In this document: positions 60,404 through 64,000 of the stretch, piece after piece
Layout of the letters: each line of letters begins with the position of its first letter
Numbering within the stretch: the first letter of the stretch is position 1
IMG/VR virus record: IMGVR_UViG_3300032246_001967
Location: 64,325 to 128,324 of that record
Strand: one strand, 5' to 3'
Source: a virus
DNA: 64,000 bases
Position numbers and translations under genes: made by a program
The notes under the pieces: model-generated
What the model was told of the DNA's origin: nothing
What the model saw: the letters and a program-made list of their open reading frames with translations, nothing else
Database searches by the model: none

Positions 60404-60550
60404 ATGATGAAACAGGAAGAAAAATTTAACGGCTTAAGTAAAGGACAGGTTAAACAAATCATCCGCCGTAATATGATTACTAAAGTAAAAGCAAGTAAAA
60501 AAGTTTACGACCGTAAGAAAGAAAAGAAGGGTTTGGCTTTCGGAGATTAA
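60404..60550 (+). CDS. Small basic protein (48 aa, not in ORF track)
   Basis: MMKQEEKFNGLSKGQVKQIIRRNMITKVKASKKVYDRKKEKKGLAFGD; own promoter. Confidence 0.55.
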   Translation: MMKQEEKFNGLSKGQVKQIIRRNMITKVKASKKVYDRKKEKKGLAFGD

Positions 60551-60583
60551 TTTGTTATATTTATATTATAAAAGAAAAAGGTT

Positions 60584-60742
60584 ATGGCAAAAAATAAACT
60601 TAAAGAAATCAATGATAAGTTAACACAATTACAAAAAGATAATCGTTTAACTAAAGATGAAGTTGATGAGTTAAAAGGTCTTATTCGTTATTTTGGCAAT
60701 GATGAATGGAGTAAGGGTGCTAAAAGTGGTTTTTTAAGATAA
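60584..60742 (+). CDS. Small hypothetical protein (52 aa, not in ORF track)
   Basis: AAGGTTATG start after the 60533 promoter. Confidence 0.5.
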   Translation: MAKNKLKEINDKLTQLQKDNRLTKDEVDELKGLIRYFGNDEWSKGAKSGFLR

Positions 60743-60760
60743 TAATTATTAATAAAGGTT

Positions 60761-61078
60761 ATGATAGACACTTATAAATTTGTACAAGAGAACAAAGAAT
60801 TGTTCAAAAAATTAGATGCAATTCTATTAGAAAATGGAATCCAAGTAGAACAAGATTTACATGATATTACTATGCCTCGTGTAGGCTCAGGAATATATAA
60901 TGGTGTTGAAGGTTTTTATTTCAACAATCATGATTTTTTTGATTTTAATGAGTTATATTTAAAAACATTATTTCCAATTACAATTGAAGATAAAATAATT
61001 GAATTGATTGATGTTTCTGGTGTTGAATGGGATGATGACCGTATATGGAAATCAAGTATGGGTTTTGTAATTAAATAA
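60761..61078 (+). CDS. Hypothetical protein
   Basis: 105 aa, AAGGTTATG start. Confidence 0.55.
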   Translation: MIDTYKFVQENKELFKKLDAILLENGIQVEQDLHDITMPRVGSGIYNGVEGFYFNNHDFFDFNELYLKTLFPITIEDKIIELIDVSGVEWDDDRIWKSSMGFVIK

Positions 61079-61081
61079 GTT

Positions 61082-61267
61082 ATGTTAGATTATACATTTG
61101 AAGAAACAAAAGGGAAAATGGTTTTCCTAAAATTAGATGAAGATGGTGACATAAACACTGAGTTTATGAAAATTGATACTCTAAATGATTATCAAAAATT
61201 AGAAAGTGTAGTCCTTGAATATGAGAAACAAGGTATTTTAGAGGAGTATTTTATTTATCAAGATTAA
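61082..61267 (+). CDS. Hypothetical protein
   Basis: 61 aa, AAGTTATG start. Confidence 0.5.
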   Translation: MLDYTFEETKGKMVFLKLDEDGDINTEFMKIDTLNDYQKLESVVLEYEKQGILEEYFIYQD

Positions 61268-61268
61268 A

Positions 61269-61496
61269 TTGGGAAAAACAAATATTATAACACCAATGTG
61301 GAAACAGTGTCTAGCGATTCTAGAGACAGGTGATTTAGAATTAGCTGATATTAAGCTAATGGAGTTGGTTTGGAAATTAGCAGACTATACTATGTTAGGT
61401 TATAAGGATGCTGATAAGATTGAGGGTGTAAAGCTTGAAGTATGGAAAGAGCGTGTGTGGTTTGCAATTCAGAACGCAGGTTTACTTCCAGATTAA
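61269..61496 (+). CDS. Hypothetical protein
   Basis: 75 aa, TTG start. Confidence 0.45.
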   Translation: MGKTNIITPMWKQCLAILETGDLELADIKLMELVWKLADYTMLGYKDADKIEGVKLEVWKERVWFAIQNAGLLPD

Positions 61497-61542
61497 GTTA
61501 ACAATTGACGTCTTTAGTTAATTGTCGAATATTTATAAATGT

Positions 61543-62238
61543 ATGATAGGCATTTATAAAATCACAAACCCTAAAGGTAAAATTTATATTGGACAATCAA
61601 GAGACATTGAACATAGATTTTATTATTATAAATTAAGTAGTAAATGGATTAAAGAACAAAGAAAACTATATAATAGTTTACAAAAATATGGTTATGAAAA
61701 TCATATGTTTGAAACAATAGAAGAATGTTCTGAAGATTTATTAAATGAAAAGGAAATATATTGGATAAATTATTTTGATTCGGTTAATGAAGGACTTAAT
61801 TTAAAATATGGTGGTCTTGGAGGTAAACATTCTGAAGAAACAAAACAAAATATAAGTAAATCACTAATGGGTAAAAAACAATCTAAAGAAACTATTGAAA
61901 AACGTTCCCAAAAACTTAAAGGCCAAAAACGCTCAGATTATACTAAACAATTAATGAGTGAAGCTGGTAAAGGTAAAATTATTACTTGGGGAGATAAAAT
62001 AAGTGAAGCTAAGAAAAATAGCACTTATCGACATTCAAAAGAAATCATGGATAAAATTGCTCAAATTCATAGTAAACCTATAGAGCAATACACTCCTGAT
62101 GGTAAATTATTAAACACCTACCCTTCAGCTATGGAAGCTATGAGGCAAACTGGAATTAAAAATGATAATATTAATCAAAATTTAAGAGGCAAAAGTAAAT
62201 CAGCAGGTGGATTTATTTGGAAATATAAAGAACTATGA
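61543..62238 (+). CDS. GIY-YIG homing endonuclease with NUMOD domains
   Basis: MIGIYKITNPKGKIYIGQS; C-terminal AGGFIWKY. Confidence 0.88.
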   Translation: MIGIYKITNPKGKIYIGQSRDIEHRFYYYKLSSKWIKEQRKLYNSLQKYGYENHMFETIEECSEDLLNEKEIYWINYFDSVNEGLNLKYGGLGGKHSEETKQNISKSLMGKKQSKETIEKRSQKLKGQKRSDYTKQLMSEAGKGKIITWGDKISEAKKNSTYRHSKEIMDKIAQIHSKPIEQYTPDGKLLNTYPSAMEAMRQTGIKNDNINQNLRGKSKSAGGFIWKYKEL

Positions 62239-62368
62239 CAAATAACGAACAAGAAATCCTATACCAAAAATTAATGAAAATCCTTATTTTAATAGAGGAT
62301 AGAAACATTAATAAGGCAAAAATTGATTTGGAATCCCTAATTGAGTTTGTTAAATTTAGTCAAGTAAA

Positions 62369-62683
62369 ATGAGCGAAAAAAGAGGACAAACCGAAACCCT
62401 AAAATATGATTTCAATACTGTTATTGAAAGTCAAATTCAACATCAAAATAATAAATGGTATAGGGTTACTTGTAGAGAGTTTAGAAGTTTTAATGGACCA
62501 AGACGTTTAGTTAAATACATTAATAATGAACCTGTCTATGAAGAATATAATGGTCCTCTTTATTATTGGAACACTAACATTAAAGTAAAAGAAACTAAAG
62601 GATTTGGTACTCAATATATTCATAATATTAGACCTCAAGTGTATTTAAGACCACATGAGCGGCATTTATTAGATAAAAAATGA
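62369..62683 (+). CDS. Hypothetical protein
   Basis: 104 aa; WYRVTCREFRSFNG. Confidence 0.55.
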   Translation: MSEKRGQTETLKYDFNTVIESQIQHQNNKWYRVTCREFRSFNGPRRLVKYINNEPVYEEYNGPLYYWNTNIKVKETKGFGTQYIHNIRPQVYLRPHERHLLDKK

Positions 62684-62697
62684 ATATATTTATATCC

Positions 62698-62886
62698 ATG
62701 ACTAATGAAGAACTAATTGAAGAATTGTATCACAAGGCTCATGTTAAAGGTTTCTTTAATGAGCTACATGACAAAGTAATTGAGTTAAACAAGAAAAACA
62801 AATATAAATGTAAACATGAGGTAGTTAGGGTAGCGTACAACGAGCTTAAAAAATCAAAGCTTGCTTTACCTGCCACACATTCTTAA
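62698..62886 (+). CDS. Hypothetical protein
   Basis: ATG 3 nt after TATTTATA. Confidence 0.5.
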   Translation: MTNEELIEELYHKAHVKGFFNELHDKVIELNKKNKYKCKHEVVRVAYNELKKSKLALPATHS

Positions 62887-62957
62887 TCCATATATACAAA
62901 TATATTTGGCCTCACAAGATAAGATACGTATATTAACAATATAATAAGAAATAGGTT

Positions 62958-63113
62958 ATGAAAAATTACCAAAAAGTAAAATACGATCCTAAAAATACTA
63001 TTTTACGTTGTAGTAAATGTAAACATGAAAATATTGAATGGTATAATGATCAACCAGGAGATAAATGTTTAGTAAATAATTGTGAAGGTCATTATTTTAG
63101 AGAAAATAAATAA
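62958..63113 (+). CDS. Small Zn-ribbon protein (51 aa, not in ORF track)
   Basis: CSKC...C....C; AGGTTATG start after the 62906 promoter. Confidence 0.5.
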   Translation: MKNYQKVKYDPKNTILRCSKCKHENIEWYNDQPGDKCLVNNCEGHYFRENK

Positions 63114-63232
63114 AAGTTATGGTTATTATAAAAACTGTTTTGGGAATTATTGGAGCGTTAACAATGTTTTTAGCCGGTTGGTATTTGGCTTATGGTATTC
63201 ATTGGTTGATTAATAAAATTAGAAAATAAGTT

Positions 63233-63424
63233 ATGACAAGATTTATTAAAATAAAAAAAGATGTAGATCAGAATATGTGGGTTGAGGTTTGGGTAAACGT
63301 AAACCATATTGTTGAGGTGTATGAATTTTCACAGTCTATTACACTTAAATTGAATGATGGAACCGTTATTAAAACAAAACAGACCACATTAGAACAGTTA
63401 TTGGAAGAATTAAATGGAAAGTAA
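63233..63424 (+). CDS. Hypothetical protein
   Basis: 63 aa, AAGTTATG start. Confidence 0.5.
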   Translation: MTRFIKIKKDVDQNMWVEVWVNVNHIVEVYEFSQSITLKLNDGTVIKTKQTTLEQLLEELNGK

Positions 63425-63433
63425 ATTTTTATT

Positions 63434-63607
63434 ATGATTACATTAAGTATATTTTTCTTGGTATTGTATGTAATATCAATGAAGAAATTAAAAGAAGCCG
63501 ATTGGGAATTTTTAAGTGTTGATATGCCGTGGGGTATTATTTCTTTCTTCGGTACCGTATTATTAATATTTGTTTTAATGGTTTTAATAGTTACTTATTT
63601 ACCTTAA
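63434..63607 (+). CDS. Small membrane protein (57 aa, not in ORF track)
   Basis: Two hydrophobic stretches; fills the gap. Confidence 0.45.
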   Translation: MITLSIFFLVLYVISMKKLKEADWEFLSVDMPWGIISFFGTVLLIFVLMVLIVTYLP

Positions 63608-63608
63608 T

Positions 63609-63890
63609 ATGGAAAAACAAATAGTACAGAAACAGTTGTTATGGATGAGAAAAGACACACCCATTAACTGGAAAGACATTAAACATATTGAACTCCAGGA
63701 TGATGATATTATTCAATGTTTTGAGGATAATTATAACGATTCTTGGTATGCTTCTATTGTTAGACAACAATTAGAGACAGATGAGGAGTTTGAAGAAAGG
63801 AAAAAAACTTTAGAAAAGATGAGAGAATCATCAAGGGAAAGAAGATACGAAAAATACTTAAAACTAAAAGAAGAATTCGAAAACGAATAA
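63609..63890 (+). CDS. Hypothetical protein
   Basis: 93 aa; ETDEEFEER...YLKLKEEF. Confidence 0.55.
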   Translation: MEKQIVQKQLLWMRKDTPINWKDIKHIELQDDDIIQCFEDNYNDSWYASIVRQQLETDEEFEERKKTLEKMRESSRERRYEKYLKLKEEFENE

Positions 63891-63898
63891 ATCAAAAT

Positions 63899-64000
63899 AG
63901 TCAGGTGGCGGAATTGGTATAGTCACTGGGAGGTTCCGTAGTCGGAGTAATAAATCACACCTTATAACCTTCTTACCAACAGGTTCGAATCCTGTCCTGA
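63899..64000 (+). ncRNA. tRNA-like RNA with no canonical anticodon arm (3' end cut by window)
   Basis: Acceptor AGTCAGG / CCTGA.., D-loop-like TGGCGGAATTGGTA, perfect T-arm ACAGG-TTCGAAT-CCTGT; atypical ~55-nt middle. Confidence 0.7.

Noticed and set aside
63899-64000. tmRNA or a canonical tRNA-Leu/Ser
   Set aside because: Too short and lacks the tmRNA alanine acceptor and tag ORF; no proper anticodon stem-loop for a tRNA call

Overview
A 64-kb, very AT-rich, entirely plus-strand segment of a large myovirus-like phage genome. The host is probably a Bacteroidota member, because Shine-Dalgarno motifs are absent and promoters resemble the Bacteroidota -33/-7 type. In order, the window holds: the end of the tail module (chaperone pair with a T7 slippery site, tape measure, baseplate/hub); a replication/recombination module (divergent family A polymerase, SSB, RecA, 5'-3' exonuclease, DnaB-like helicase, class II RNR, family B polymerase, clamp and clamp loader); a dispersed 7-deazaguanine pathway (DpdA-like TGT fold, QueC, QueD, QueE, FolE) interleaved with a purine PRTase, a thioesterase, two thioredoxins and a dUTPase-like gene; GroES/GroEL; a ~14.5-kb glycan biosynthesis island; a possible lysis pair; many small ORFs; seven free-standing homing endonuclease genes; and a tRNA-like RNA without an anticodon arm at the right edge. 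Two recurrent promoter-like motifs are directly visible: TTGG-N19-TATATT (20 copies, several built into terminator hairpins) and TATTTATA (near-leaderless, probably late). The strongest leads are the non-canonical PolA (His at the steric gate), a possible nucleotide-level deazaguanine route, the tRNA-like RNA, hairpin-gated endonuclease translation and an apparently late-expressed glycan island. All functional calls come from reading motifs by eye; no searches were run.
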